DNA of 64,000 bases from Marsupella aquatica (lineage: Eukaryota; Plantae; Marchantiophyta). Numbering within the stretch: the first letter of the stretch is position 1; each line of letters starts with the position of its first letter. Location: contig OZ316893.1 in assembly GCA_973895155.1 (NCBI GenBank), forward strand, positions 6,906,963 through 6,970,962, in the 5' to 3' direction. The notes below the pieces were generated by a model. The model saw only the letters and a program-made list of their open reading frames with translations. It was not told the DNA's origin and did not search any database. The translations under genes and the position numbers were made by a program. This document shows, in pieces, positions 37,431 through 50,620 of this stretch.

Positions 37431-39041
37431 ACACCGGGTTAAATCAACATCGCATTAAGGCTCCCCAGCCTTCTTGGTGCCCGTACCTTGCCTGTCACAA
37501 ATCCCAAAGCTGTTGCCCGCAAGCCCGCTTGACCGCCAATCACCATTCAGTCTGGCAGACTCTAAAGGATGCGGGACATGCCTAGCCTTGAAAGTCCACG
37601 TCTCCCTCTGTTTTGTCCCTTATTGTAATTCTCAGTGTCATTGTGGCTTGTTGCTTGCATTCGTGTGATTGTTATGGCAGCCTCGCATTTGCGTAACTAT
37701 AAGGGTTGTCGCGTTTGTGTGACTATTTTGGCAGCCCTGCAATCACGCAGCTATAAGGGTTGTCGCAGTTGTGCATCTATGTTTGTTGCTTGCATTTGTG
37801 TGACTATTTTGGCAGCCCTGCATTTGCACAGCTGTAAGGATTGTCGCATTCGAGTGACTGTTCTGGCAACCCCGCATTTACGCAACTATACAGGTTGTCG
37901 CGTTCGTGTGACTGTTTTGGCAGCCCCGCATTGCGAAGCTATAAGAGTTGTTGCATTTTTTGACTATTCTGGCAGCCCCATGTTTGTGAGCTATGATTTG
38001 TTTCTTGCGTTTGTCTGGTTGTTCTGGCATATCAGGATTGTTTGCACAGTTTGACTGTCATTGTCCTCCTCACATTCAACCAATGAGAAATACACTTGCA
38101 TTTGTGCGACTCTTCTAGTGTCCACTTATTTGCGCACACAAGAGGTGAAGTATCCCGTGAAGTATGCTTAAGATGAGTTAGTCAATAGCTAGGTAACTTA
38201 TATTTACTTCTAAAGGGCTCTTAATAAAAAGCGTTGTGTGTATTGTGCACCAAATTTCATTATCATGAAGCCTCCTCATCAAGGGATACATTGAGGTCAA
38301 TGGTGGTGTTTATGACTACATCCCTAGCACCACCGCCGAGGTTTATGACATGAGCAAGAAGTGGTGGAATGAATTGATTTGCTGTCCTACGTGGCCGCCT
38401 ACCTTCCTTATATTCCCTGCCTAACCTACTCAAATGCTGCCCCATACATTCCCAAACCACTTTGCGCTTGGATAGTAGTGCACATGGTGTTGTGCCATCC
38501 TCCTCCTGCCATTCAAGAAAGTCGCTAAGTTACTGCTTCTTCAGTTGTATTTTTCCTACAGGATAGAACAGAAATTGGAACAAACAAAAAATATAGAACT
38601 TACCATATTGGTAATTTGAGACGAAGCTGCTTGTTCCCTTGCTTTTGTTGTCCTCAAAAGCATAGTCCTCCTTCCTCTCTTCCCACCGTGGTAAATGTTC
38701 ACCCTGATAGTTGCGCAAACTCGGGGCTGCCAGAACAGTCACACGAATGCAAGCAACAAACCACAATGACAAAAACAGAGAATTACAACAAGGGACGTAA
38801 ACAGAGGGGCACGTTGGCGTTCAAGGCTAGGCATGCCCTGCGCCCTAAAGAGCATCAAATTCAAAAAGAACGAAACTTTTTTGTCCGTTGATGGATCGAG
38901 GGCTAATAAATTTAGAGTCTGCCAGAACGGTGATTGATGGTCAAGCAGGCTTGTGGGCAACAACTTTGGGATTTGTGACGGGCAGAATATGGGCCCCAAG
39001 ATGACTGGGAACCTTAATGTGATGTTGATGTAACCTGGTGT
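37431..39041. mobile_element. Non-autonomous Mutator-like element (1611 bp) with long TIRs and 9-bp TSD
   Basis: TIRs about 37431-37706 and 38701-39041 (ACACCGGGTTAAATCAACATC... / ...GATGTTGATGTAACCTGGTGT); TSD CTAAACATC at 37422-37430 and 39042-39050. Confidence 0.9.
37657..38030. repeat. 54-bp tandem repeat inside the MULE (about 6 copies)
   Basis: Unit GC(A/G)TT(C/T)GTGTGACT(A/G)TTTTGGCAGCCC(C/T)GCATTTGCGCA(A/G)CTATAAGGGTTGTC; a single inverted copy ends the right TIR. Confidence 0.9.
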
Positions 39042-40818
39042 CTAAACATCTAACACCACAATATGGTGTTCTCCTTTTTCAATTTTGTAACCCACAATGG
39101 ATGGATTTGGCACAATCCCTTAGAATAGTGATCAATGAAAGTAACACACTTTAATGAGGCACTGTGAGAAAAAGAGAGCCTCATCTGAAACGGATCCCTC
39201 ATAATAGTGGTAGATAAAGGTAACACACTTTAATGAAGAAGTGAGAGAAAAAGAGAGGCTCGTTGGAGAGAGTTTGCTGGGAAATGACAGGAGGTGAAGG
39301 CATTAATAACTACAGTACATTGATACAACGAAATCAACCGGAAAAAGGCCAAATAGTTCTCGTTGGGTGTACCTGCCTTTCCTTTGACCCTTCCGACAAC
39401 CATAAAGTTTGTGTACCTCTCCGATGTACAACCGTGTGTACTAGCGTTTCACGTGTTTACGTTCGTTCTGATCCTTTCCCCTTTATGTAAATAACTTTCG
39501 TCAACTCACTGTCAGGCATAATGGGGTTGCGTATCTAGCCTTGTCTAGGAGAATATTATCCAAGTCGCAGAAAGCAATTGCTTTGTGGTTTTGTGGTGTC
39601 CTGCAATAGGGCGAGTTGGTTCAATTATAGCGTCCACAGCCAAAGGCCCTGCAAAAGTGTTGGTTCAATAATAGCGTCCACAACCAAAGGTCCTGCGCTA
39701 TGCGAATATAGCAAAATATAGAGTTCAATGTTCGAGCTGTGGGCTAAAGTTGCCATCAGTATCTGAGGTGTTTGTGGGGTCCAAATAAATAAGGACATCT
39801 ATAAATGGAAGCGAGAAAAAAGACTTCCCAATTCAAGGAAGGAAGAAAAGGAGGATGAACTACTGGAGTCTCACAGTTTAATGTTCACAGTTAACTTAGG
39901 CGGTTGTTCTACAGTGAAAATAAATGCAAAAAGGCACCGAGTTGTCATTTTCGGCATAAACGAACAAACCGAAGAAATATAATTTCTAAAAGAAATGAAA
40001 GTATATAGGACTCCTGATATCAAGAACTACTGGTTTCGGAGGTCTGAAAGTTCTCAGGGCATCATTTACAACTTGCGCACTGGATACCCGCGGTCTGTAT
40101 TTATTGCTGATACCTGGTTTTATAAGGTCTCACCCTTCCCTTTGCAATCGAGGGCACACTCGAGTTTCATCTGCGTTATATGTAATCCCGCCGCAGATGA
40201 TTGTCTTTTGAGCAGATATGAAAGTTTCTGACTTTTCATTCGAGTCCCAGGGGTTCATGGGTTTTTGCCTGGACAACATTGTCCAGAATTATCCAGTCCG
40301 AGAGGTAGGTTCTTCCCCAAGAATGAGAAAAACCATGAAAGTTCCACTCTTTGAATGCTGGTAACAAGTTTTCTGGTCTACAAACCGTGATTGCTTCCTA
40401 GATCCAACACAGATGCTCAGGATGCTGGAAATATGAAAGAACAGATGCTTGAAGTATGAAAGAACACAAATATGGGAATTGAGTACGAAGTATACCACGC
40501 TCGGATTTTCCAAGAAAAACCAGAAATAGCCGAATTTTTGAAGACTCTTCAAACATGGTCAATTAGCTCTTGAAAGCCACTTAATTCTCTACTGTTTTCA
40601 GAAATTTCTAAGTCGAACTCATTTCAATAATCGGAAATTGTTCCGTAGCTAGTTTTTCTACAAAATTTTGCCGGCCTCCACCGTTTCGTTACTCATTCTC
40701 AATGCTGAGAATCTCAGAAACTGACAATTTCTTGTGCTTGAGTATCACAGCATTTCCAAAGGGAAACAAATCCCTTGAATCGAAGTGCGAAATAAATGAT
40801 ATGTGATAGAACCGCCCG

Positions 40819-43800
40819 TCAGCAAAACATGAATAATTTATTCGTTGATGCTAACATTTTCTTTGACCGAGATGTTCCTACAACTCGCTCCAGCTGCAAA
40901 AAAGGTTCGTAATTATGTAATTTTCTGTCCGAAAGCTATACATTTCCCCGAATAAAATGGACACGGATTCAAATGCAAGACTACGAACATACCTGTAGGT
41001 TATCATAACGCGAAAAGAGGATTGTACAGGATGGATTGTCCTTTCCTTCCAATAGATTTAACAGCTGCACCAGAGAACTCATTGATCAGCTAACGCATTT
41101 GGTTGATTTCAACACTACGACCTTTAGATAGACTTTTGGGGTTTTCATATGATTCTGCGAGCCAAAAGGTCCTCCACGAATACCTTGATAATTTTGAGTA
41201 AAATACGAATAAGATGACCCATACGCAGTAACTAGTCAAATCACAAGAACTGAATTTGATACGAGCTGCCATCTGATAGCAGTAAGATGAGCTTCCAGTT
41301 ATATCTTTCACGGGATAGGTCATTTTAGGCATAACATAACATGAGATAGATCTGATATTCACCTCCAGATAGAAGTGGGCATGGTCTGGCAGTGAGTAAA
41401 ATATAAGATCCTTGATACCACGAACCTGTACACATTGCAGAAAGCCATTCTTGAGACGTTAGAAAAACGAACTTTCCTAGGTAACTACATGTGCGAACAC
41501 TTTGGAGGATCGAATAACCCAAGGACGGGATGCAATACTGACGAGAGGAATGCTCCCAAACCTCTAGAGCCACCTCATTATGGAATTCAGTAAGGCGGTT
41601 CAAAGGGAATTAACTAGGCCATTGAGGCGCACAAGCAGGTCACAGAAGTCAGCATAGTCCATTTTGAGTCTTCTTACAGTAAGCGGGATTGGTTTTGGTA
41701 AAAACATACCTTGTAACGGTGGAAGAAGTGAGCACGCTCTGTATAAAGTAAGATTTTCCGTGTCCCATGGTAAAACCATGACCGGGCACGAGAGACATCA
41801 CTTTGCTTAGTATACCTGTATTCATAACATTCTCTTTACAAATAAGCACACCTGAACAAGTATGTCGATAAATTAAGTTAACAAACTTCAGACCAAATAT
41901 GACCAGCACGATCAACCAACTACCCTAACCTCTTTCACGTCTCTACCAAAAGAATCTACATTTCACTCAACCCTCCGAGAAGAGTTTTCCCCAGTGCTGA
42001 CTGACTTCCATTGCAGCTCGATGCCATGTTCTAGTCGGGAAAAAAAGATATTAAAGCATAGCAACCCCCTGCGATATATGTAAATGAGGATCGTTTTAGG
42101 GGTAAAAAGAAGACTTACTCTCCCAGAAGGCAGAATGACGAACTTTGGGATTTCAAGAAGTTTCGAAGTCGTACAAAATCGAAGTACGATCGGATGAAAA
42201 TCATTGTGCCTTCCTGAAAATCCAAATGACACAATTGACACTGAATAAAATATAACCGCAGCTACTTACTAACAAAGGTGCCCCGTACAAAACGGATGCT
42301 AGGGACAAATAGAATATTTTTTCCATGGACTGAGTTCTGAAAAGCAATTAGCATGAGTTGCCCAGATATTAATCTAACACAACTACGACGGTGGAAGATT
42401 CGATCAGTAGAATACCTGAAAAGAATTCTTCAATTTAGGAAAAATCTGCATGAATGTCTGCATGTGTTAGTAAACTTGTATTTATCGTTAACCCCAACCT
42501 AGGCAAGCAAGCACAGCTTCTTGTAAACTACCTTCAAGATATCATAAAAGATCGGTCCACTCAGATGTGTGTCAGCCAAAATCAGACTCAGGAGGAAATT
42601 GAGGCGAAACTTCGACCTGTTTCACGAAGAACTCAAACCGTGCGTCATCTACATCTGTTATTCCACTGCAATCAATCTTCTCATAAACCTGGGCGTATTA
42701 GCGAAGAATGTCAATATATCAGCGACTGTCACACATCTAGACTTCAAAGCAGATACAGGGATTATTCATCACAACGCAGAATTTCTCGCTTGATTCGCAA
42801 CCGGGCAAAATCTTTAAAATCACGTCCATCACACGGTTGTCCACCAACATGCTTCGTTCAGGGAGTTATAATCATGCCCATGAATAGCAAAAATCGTAGT
42901 GGACTCAACACTTAGCGAAAGGAATGAGTGAGCTGACCTGGCGTACTTGTAGCACAACTTTGGCAAGTACACCTTCATATTCACAGCGAGTCTTCACCTG
43001 ACATAAACTCCCGATCAGGAGGGGACACGGACCAAGAGCAGAGGAAAAATGAATCTAATTTGACAGCAGAGGGTCAAGATCATGCAAAAGAAAGGCAAGG
43101 TTCAACCGCTCCCCGCAGACTATACAACAGTAATTGTAATTGTTCGCTTCAGGATTTTTCATGGTATTATATGAGATGACTCTTGCTCGGTGATCAAAAG
43201 AAGATTGTACCTTTCCTGCATAGTTGACACAAGCTCGGTGGAACATGGCATTGACACCTGTGCAAGAATGTACCCCTTAGAATCTCATTGACACAAACAG
43301 ACATCGTCCTAGAATTTCAAAACCAACGGTTGTCTACCTGCATCTGAAAAAGAGCTCAGGATAATTGTCTGTCGATAGTAGCGTGCATGACCATTCAAAT
43401 ACCTGCGCCAAGCGACCCCTGTCTTAGTATTCGCCATTCCTCTGTTTTCTCAATGGTTCCATGAGAGGACTCCCATTTCTAGACGTGAAGTGGCATTACC
43501 GATAGTGCGAAAAATTTCAAAATGAAGAGTTGGACAACCCCTCAAAAACCAGACGGTCTCGGAAAGCTCAGCTGCAATTCACCAGGAATATATGCAATGC
43601 GTCGTCTCACCACTCTCTGATCCTCATGAAATCAGTTCCATGTTGCTGTGCCGGTATTTTGTTCATGTGATCAAAGACTGAAACAACATGAGACCAATTC
43701 TGCAGTGAAAGCACCCAGAAGGGACCAAAAAAAGAAAGTTAGATCAGAGGCGCATGTGGTAAAGAAAGTTTTCAGCGACAGATCTCCAAAACCCGTGGAA

Positions 43801-46800
43801 GTGTCTGTCTCTCAAAGCAAATGCCAAAAAAATAAGTCACAATACTTACCTGCATCAGTATGACGTCTGTATAGTCAACAACTGCAATCTGTGACATAGG
43901 CATTGGTAAGTTGTTAAGACTACGGGTTACATGCCAATTATGTAAAGTACTTGACTAAGAACAGGGCTTGGGGGTCAACATTTGGTCTTGTAGCTGAGTA
44001 CGATACTGACTGAGAGAATCCACATTTTCTCACGCTCCACACTTGAAAACCGTTTGGCAAACTAAACGAAACCCTCATTTGTAGATGAAAGAAATGAGGT
44101 CTCAGTATTACTGACACAGACGAACATCACTGGCCAGCCAGTACCCACCTCAATTGATGAAAGGAAATCAATGTCTTTATCCTTCTCCATCTCAGCCTCT
44201 CCAATCCGCTGTTGTCATCCGACGAAAACAGCAGTAGATAAGTGTCAGATAGCTCCAGTATCAAGCTTTGAAACAATTTGCTGAAATTTAAAGATACTTA
44301 TTACTAGCAGCATTCAAATCACAGTACAAATATAATGATACGTTCTCCTCTTCCGCGAAATTTCTGGATCTCAGGCACAGGAAGTAGAGCATGGACCATC
44401 GCAGTTAAAAGTTGCTTTACGTTAGGAAAGGAAAACTGAGTAGTAATCCCACAGTGGGAGGCAGAATTCCTGTTTGAAGCAGAAATTGAGTTGTCTCTTA
44501 CAGTGATCAGGCCAACAGGAGACGCAATTATAATGTCGGAAGAGTAAAATTCGCTGTATAGTTTGATACTTTTCCTGAACCATGTAAACAGATTCGTCAA
44601 ATTAATTGCACATCGACGCGAAGAACATTAACACACCCTTATCTCGTCACTGACTACCTGAACACATAATAAACATGCCGAAACGAGTTCAACAAAATAC
44701 CACCTCACCTTGTGAACTTTATTCCAATGCGAAAGTGGTCATCATTATTTCCATTGAAAAGAGCTCGAAAATCGGCAGGCTTCGTAGACTTCGTGTCATT
44801 TTTCCCAGGATACTCTTCATCTTCTCCATCAGTATTGTCTTCATCCACACCAAAATCATCGAAAAACCGTGCCTTGTGCTCCACATTGGACTGAAAATTG
44901 GAAATCCGATTGACAGCAATGACTTCTTCAGTACCATATCATGGGAGCAAATACATAACAATCAGCACCGACCACATATCCATGCGTGTGGGTGACAGAT
45001 GGGAGCTGAAACCTTGCACTAGTAGCTAACTTTTAGTTTCCCATTCACGTATCTCTAGATGCGAAAATATTTCATAATTTGCCACCGAGAGCACAGTCCG
45101 GAGAGGCTACGTAAGGATCCAACCTTTTGTGAAGGGGGGGCCAGCTTCAGCAGGCGATGTACAAACTTCAGCGCTGAACTACGGAAAGGCAGTAAAACTA
45201 GAACCTGTTACAGAACCAGAACAAGCTTTGCTGTCGACATGAGAAGTTAAAAGTTCAAATTACGAAAATTCTTTCAATATGGTAAACTTTTTTGCAACTG
45301 TGGGCTCATCAGTTTTGGACACATGAATTCCTTTCCTAATTTATAATTAAAATTTTGGGTGGACTGGATTACCTTGGGTCTCGTGAATCCCTGATCACGG
45401 GGAGGGTCTGAGGCAGTACCATCCACAGTTGCACGTTGCAGTTTCTCATTGTCCTTTGTAATAAGATCTCTGGTTTTCGTAATGTGGTTGAGCTGCGAAG
45501 TTGAAGACAAAAAGCAGAAAAACATTGTGAGCCCGTCGGCATGCTATGGGACAGCTGCGTTTTACTCATTACGTATCCCCACCAGCTCTACCACTAATGA
45601 CGTAATGAGTACAAGAATGACAGGGAATAGAACCATGACGTCATTGCGTTCCACTCCCTTAGCTTCACGACCATAAGTACAAGAATGACAGGGAATAGAA
45701 CGCATACGTCAGAGTTAGGGGAAACTTTCCATCAAAAATTTGAAAATTAGACCAGTATAACCTCAGTCCCCTATATGTTCTTGTACTCCAACGTTCAGAG
45801 AAGGAACCGTACAATGTGAAAAACATAAGCATCTATCATACTCGAGTCTTGTTGACCATCGTGATCATAACCGAACTTATTCGTGTTCAAGATATCTAGA
45901 TAGCTGTTACCTGCAAAAGTCGACGAAGCCACGAGACATGCCAGTGTCAAGCTAAGGGACGACTGTAGCACTGAATATTTTTCAGATTGGGTCAGAAGGT
46001 AACTAAAACGCGTCTTGATTCATAATAACAACAACGTATAGGTTTCTAAGTGGACACTCGATCAACAATGCAAAAAGTGATTAAAGAACACAAAGACCAA
46101 CTCAAACTTATCAACAATACAAAGACCCTAAACCCTGGAATAGTTCCGTCTCAGCGTTCGCACTACTCAGTCTTTCACACAGAATCAGAATCTTACATAG
46201 AGAGAAAAACTGGCACTGTTGCTCAGACTCGAAGTCACCCCAAGTAGGTTTCCTATATAATCCCTTCCAGCAATCTTGTAGCCGTTTCTTTACAGCACAT
46301 GCTGATAGAATATTCTCATCCTAAAAAAAGGAGGGAATCAACAGTAACATATAAGAACTCATGGGAATATGTCCACAATGACAATTATTCAATAATGTCA
46401 TCTTAGGTCACAACAGCACCATCATTCTTACCTTGGGTACAGCTGATGTATTAAAAATCCAGCTCCCTCCTTGGACGCCTGATGCTGGAACTTTGCAATT
46501 GAACTTCTGCTTAGCTTGCACCAGCTGTGCTATTTCATCATCTACCAGTAAGCGTTCCACATGAGTCTTGAAGGGACTGTCCAAGCACAAATATCAATTC
46601 CGTATGAACAAAATTAGGCTTAATGATTTTTCTATTCATCGACTTTAAAACCTCAACAACTACAGAGATAAGAGATTGCCAGGGCCGTAGTTGCTTCTCA
46701 CTCTGGACAGATGCCAGCCTGCTCTCCGCTCGCAACCCGTGCCTCATTTACATCCTCTTCGTTTTCATCCTCAGATTGAGAATGCACCTGCTCAATATCA

Positions 46801-47996
46801 TCATCCGATGCAGCCTCGTTTTTCGAAGCGCCTCCAATTTCTTTCCCAGGTTCAATTTCTTTTTCTACTGGCTTAAGAGAATTTTGGTGCTCTTCCTCAG
46901 CTCCATCAGCTTCTGCATAGAATGTCAATTATATCATAAGCCATGGATCCTACACCTGTTCTTGGAAAAAAAATACAAAGTGATTCCCCTAAAGTACACA
47001 TCTGAGACGTATAATGCTCTTAGTTATAGTGCCGTGAGAAATCCTCAGTAGATAAGTTCACGACAAAGTTCATGACAGTCCTTTCCCGTGTAATAACAAA
47101 CAACTGAAAGTCGTAATGATAACTAATGAAACAGCTATGTACTGCAAAGTCGCCTACCCTACTGCTGCGGGATGGATTGCTGACACTTGAAATTTCGGAA
47201 GATTATCTATGAAAAACTATTGGGTGAAGCTTAAGAAAATCACCATCTTCTGAGCCTTCTCCAGAATTCATTCCGTCAATTTCAAGTTCTTCGCGTTCAT
47301 CTTCCTCATCGGAGCTGCTTGCACCTCGCTCTTCTCTCTTTCTGCACACATTGAGCTGACATTATTTATCGTGCAGAGAGGAAGGTCACACATCCGCTAA
47401 TGATACCTAGTAATTACTGACGCAGCTGGAAATAGTTTAGATAAGGAAATTGTCCACAGACCAGGTGCATGAAAAAGCACGGATGAAAGCAAATCGTGGT
47501 TAGTACAGTTTCGTCACTGAACAGGGCTAAAAGGAAAAATTACCTTTGAGCATAAGCATGTGCAAAGGATCCACCTTTTGCTTGCAAAGACTGAAGAAGT
47601 GAGCTGTACGCAGTCGCATTGTCCTCGAGAATGACTGCGGTCTCCTCTTCACCGGCACTTTCCTCGTCAACATGAGGAACAATTGCTTCTGTAGCCCCAA
47701 TTCACGACAATAAATGCTCACTCGCAACCGAGGCATGTACAATTCATGACCAAAACAGCTTCCGAAAGCACTGGTGACACTCAAACTGTCACTCGAAAAC
47801 CCGCTAAAGGAAAATTACAAACCTAATGCGGAAGATAATAAAAAATTGCACACAGTCGAAACACATTCTCCCGAACACAGGAAGGCCGATAGAGACTCTG
47901 TTACAGTGCATCCAAAACATTTGATTCACACAGAGAATTTCAAAACATACCATGCTTCCTTTTCCTCCCCCTCCACCTTTTCACGCCCTTCTTCAT
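40819..47996 (-). CDS. UTP25: U3 snoRNA-associated protein 25 / nucleolar factor 1 (DEF, DUF1253), 24 exons
   Basis: Joined exons give [15 protein letters not shown].., an acidic region, [136 protein letters not shown]; introns GT-AG, phases consistent. Confidence 0.96.
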
Positions 47997-48325
47997 GATG
48001 AACACCTGTGCGCTCCTCCTCACCGCTTCCCGCGCACTTAGCGACCAGACATTCGGCTCCAAAACCCGTCCAGATATATAAAGCACCACCGTCGCATTCC
48101 CTCAACTTTCCTCTGTCCTGTAAACCTTGCACCTTGCACCTTGCACCATCCCCTGCTCAATTCTCGTCACCCTCGTCCCAGACACACAGAGCCAATGCAC
48201 TAGAACCGATTTCTCCTCGCCTATGAACGATACAGAGAGACAGGGGAGAACCTTCAGACTTTAGTGTTCCGAAACCCTACATTCACTCGAGGTAGCCAGT
48301 AGAATTGTATGGGAAGAGTTCAATC

Positions 48326-48475
48326 TTCATAAACCCTAAACCCTCGTTCCAAATACTCTATACACTAGGTCAGCTCCAACCCAACGGTGTCGAAGGAGAA
48401 TTTATTGTTCATAAACCCTAAATCCTCGTTCCAAATACTCTACACTATGTCGTCTCCAACCCAACAATGTAAGAA
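48326..48475. promoter_or_regulatory. Duplicated telo-box (AAACCCTAA) module upstream of UTP25
   Basis: AAACCCTAA at 48331 and 48413 within an 82-bp-period tandem duplication, 330-420 bp upstream of the ATG; telo-boxes are known from plant ribosome-biogenesis promoters. Confidence 0.7.
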
Positions 48476-49198
48476 GCCAAGTCCAACCCATTCATTAGAA
48501 TGCTATTTACTGTAGTTTCTGAGAACCTTTATTTTTTTTGTTATTGGAGTTGTGTTTTGGTTACCTGAGTGTTTTTTTGTTCATGAGTGTTAGGGCTTTA
48601 AATCTATGGTTGTCAGATGCTGAGACCTGCTGTTTAGGAAAATTGTCTATCAGGCTTGGGGCTGCTTGTCAGTTGGCCATGATAGATATGTATAGTGAAC
48701 CAAAAAAATAATTTGTCATACTGGGTATTTAATTATAACCACTAAGCGAACCCCTGTTGGATTAGAGATGCTCTAACACCCAGGTTGCAAGAAGAAATCA
48801 TGGAGTCTAGGCAAAAGTACTGTATGACTGAACTCTAAATAGAGAATGTTGGGTTTACAGTTTGCCATGTTTTTGGCCAAATATACAATATTGTAATCCT
48901 TTTAAGATTAATTATCACAACGTCCTTTCTTCGGTCACGAGTGAATTGGTTTAACCCCAGTTACTCATAAGGAATCTTACGGGCCTGGGGTTGTCATATC
49001 AAACAATTCTATGGAAACCACAGCCCTCGGGTCAGATTCACAAACCTCCACTAGTGATCTCCTTAGGGCAGGCCCTTTGACAAAAAATGTAGCATCACTT
49101 TAGTATACAATCAGGCCATAATTCTCATTGTCTGTTTACAAACATTTGGTGGGAATAGTATCTGGCAATCAGATTTATGTTTTGATTTATTCTAATCA

Positions 49199-50620
49199 CT
49201 AGCTCAATACCCGCGCATTGCACGAAAGATGCCTTGTTGGCCAAGATTTGGTTGAGAAAAAAGATGTCGTGTCGGCCGAGAGGTCATTGAGACAAAAGAT
49301 GTTGTGTCGTCCAAGATTTGGTTGAGAAAAAATATGTTGTGTCGGCCAAGAGGTTGTTGAGAAAAAATATGTTGTGTCGGCCAAGAGGTCATTGAGACAA
49401 AAGATGTTGTGTCGGCCACGAGGGCGTTAAGAAAAAAGATGTTGTGCCGGCCAAGATTTCGCTGAGAAAAAATATGTTGTGTCTGCCAGGAAGTTGTTGA
49501 GAAAAGGATGTCTATCGGCCAATTAAGATGTCCTTGAGGAAAAAGATGTTGTGCCGGCCAAGATTTTGCTGAGAAAAAATATGTTGTGTCTGCCAGGAAG
49601 TTGTTGAGAAAAGGATGTCTATCGGCCAATTAAGATGTCCTTGAGGAAAAAGATGTTTTGTCGGCCAAGATGTAGTTGAAAAAAAGATATCGTGTTGCCC
49701 AAGACATCATTGAGAAAAAATATATTGTGTCGCCCAAGGGGGTCTTAAGAAAAAATGTCATGTTGCCCAAGACGTTGTGAAGAAAACCCGTGCATTGCAC
49801 AAAAGATGTCGTTAAGAAAAAAAATTGTGTCACCAAAGATGTTGTTGTGTAAAAAATGTCATGAAGTCAAAAGATTTCGTTAAAAAAAAGTCGAGTTGCC
49901 AAAGATGTCGTGAAGTAAAAAGATTTCGTGTCACCAAAGATGACACAGGGTAAAAAGATGGCATTAAAAAAATCTGTGGAGTGAAAAGATATTGTCAAGT
50001 AAAAATATGTTGTTACGTGAAAAATGTTGCCAAGTAAAACGATGCCGGGGTGCCAAAGATGTTATTATGTCAAAGATATCGTCAAATAAAAAGAAATCGT
50101 GTTTCCAAAGTTGTTATGAAGTAAAACATATGTGATCAAGTAAAAGATGTCATCAAGTCAAAAGTTGTTGTGATGCCAATAATGTCGTTATGTCCAAGAT
50201 CGGTGTGGTCAAGTAAAAAGATGTTGTAATGTCAAAGATGTCTTCAAGTAAAACTATGTCGTGACTCCAAAACTGTCGTCAAGTAAAAAAATGTCATTAG
50301 TCAAAGATGTTGTGAAGTAAAACATGTCATTGCATTAAATATCGTTAAGGAAAAGATGTGCAAAAACTGTCAATAAATTATATGTTCTTGCTCAAACGAT
50401 GTCATTAAGTAAAAAATATCATTGCCCAAAAGATGTCTAAGTAATAAAAGATATAATTGGCAAAAGATGTCAAAGCAGAATGAATGCCATTATACTAAAG
50501 ATGTTATTAAGAAACATATCATGGTGCAAAATATATAATTGAGTAAAAGATTTTTGGGTTAAAAAGATCTCATTGCCCAAAAAATGTTATCTAGTAAAAG
50601 ATGTCATGAAACAAAAAATG
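49199..50620 (-). mobile_element. Helitron-like element (3' terminus at 49199) filled with minisatellite
   Basis: Minus strand ends ...CGTGCAATGCGCGGGTATTGAGCTAG|T (GC hairpin about 10 nt before CTAG, followed by T); 5' end not located. Confidence 0.75.
49243..50610. repeat. 35-bp minisatellite decaying into ~17-bp AAAAGATGT(C/T) units
   Basis: Units such as AAGATTTGGTTGAGAAAAAAGATGTCGTGTCGGCC; ~107-bp higher-order duplication near 49452-49666. Confidence 0.93.

Noticed and set aside
37657-38030. 54-bp repeats as a CRISPR array or repeat-protein ORF (37635-38054)
   Set aside because: No spacers; the repeats are part of the MULE arm and the ORF is a by-product of a unit length divisible by three
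48225-48238. 14-nt match to the U6 snRNA ACAGAGA region (GAACGATACAGAGA)
   Set aside because: Neither flank resembles U6; treated as chance
49243-49780. CRISPR-like regular array
   Set aside because: Units are contiguous variants of one another with no unique spacers, there are no cas genes and the context is eukaryotic; it is a minisatellite
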